Virus record (IMG/VR): IMGVR_UViG_3300037400_005412
From: an uncultured virus (IMG/VR IMGVR_UViG_3300037400_005412)
Lineage: Duplodnaviria; Heunggongvirae; Uroviricota; Caudoviricetes
Strand: one strand, 5' to 3'
Length of the DNA stretch: 64,000 bases
The translations under genes and the position numbers were made by a program. Of the stretch, positions 63,201 through 64,000 are shown piece after piece (the stretch's first letter is position 1; every line of letters begins with the position of its first letter). Under the pieces are notes generated by a model, which searched no databases, was not told where the DNA came from, and was given only the letters and a program-made list of their open reading frames with translations.

Positions 63201-64000
63201 CAATAAAATCAACAGACTATAATGGAGGATTTTGTAAAGCAGGCCAAACTACTCCGCTAGTGACACCTTTTAAGTGTTTGTACTTAGAAATAATAGCAGA
63301 ACTCTTAAAATATCTATAGAAGTTATTCCAAAGAACGCTATCAGAAGTTGAATAGTTACCGTCTTCAGTAGCATCAACGTTATATTCAAATGAAGGAATA
63401 CCAGTATTGTTAACACCTAATTGAGTATCAATATCATAGAAAATAGGATACCAAATGTATTCGCCACCCTATTCTTGTGGACCCCAAGAAGCCATCATAC
63501 AGTTTTTACCACGAGAGTCATAGCATTCAAATACTTCAGTCATAATAAAGTAAGTTGCCATATACTCAAGGTCAAAATGCTTCTCTAATTCATTAATAAA
63601 CTTATCGCCACGATATTCTTTTGTATCATACTTATATTCTTTGCCTTTGTAAGTAACAGTTATTCCTACCCAATAATTAGTTGGATTAGCAGTAAATTCT
63701 TCTTCTGTTAAATTATCTATTTTAACAGTTGCTTCCCCATTCTATTGAGTACCATCATAAGTATAATAAATTTCATTAGGATCAAATGTATCAGTAGCTT
63801 TACATTGTCTTACAAGTCTATCAACTTTCTTAGTAGCTAATTCTTCATCAATATAATTATTTAATTGATAATAAATTATACTATCATTAAATTCAGGATC
63901 ATTAGCACAGGAAACGTACTCATTATTAATTTTAACATAAAAATTATTTCTATTAGTAGTATTAAATACATGTTCTTCATCAGCAACATGAGCGTCAACG
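60223..64000 (-). CDS. C-terminal part of a giant protein with CotH-kinase-like domain and leucine-rich repeats (5' end beyond window)
   Basis: YDSRGKNCMMASWG...WYPIFYDIDTQLG; LRR LDLTSCEKLENFRA; BspA-like repeats; single frame via TAG. Confidence 0.65.

Noticed and set aside
1009..64000. Mass pseudogenisation suggested by fragmented ORFs
   Set aside because: Breaks are almost all in-frame TAG at Gln-compatible positions, which recoding explains

Overview
AT-rich segment of a large lytic phage genome, probably infecting a gut Firmicute (Clostridia-like). The host inference rests on sigmaA-type promoters, a Gram-positive-type endolysin and NrdD/NrdG. The genome uses an alternative code in which TAG is read as Gln (code 15), so the supplied ORF track is heavily fragmented. 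Layout: minus-strand tail/fibre genes (1009-7365), then a ~46 kb plus-strand block, then minus-strand structural genes (53719-64000). The plus-strand block holds phosphoesterases/PNK, PIN-PhoH, a multi-domain lysin and holin, RNase H, gyrB/gyrA, NAD ligase, endonucleases, SSB-like and Sak4-like proteins, DnaB, primase, RecJ-like, RecD-like, DnaE, Gmk, NrdD/G, nucleoside deoxyribosyltransferase-like genes and a Cys-repeat radical-SAM module. Three group I introns with homing endonucleases interrupt dnaB, dnaE and nrdD. The most novel signal: the RecD-like helicase and DnaE genes each carry a 7-nt, TAA-initiated insertion inside an N-terminal catalytic motif, each directly preceded by a ~48-49 nt stem-loop. 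This suggests a programmed ribosomal bypass/recoding (or micro-splicing) switch on replication genes. Also notable are a phage-encoded CXXX-repeat radical-SAM modification system, a candidate phage-specific promoter motif and a dispersed palindromic repeat. No tRNA or CRISPR array was recognised. All calls were made by eye without database searches.
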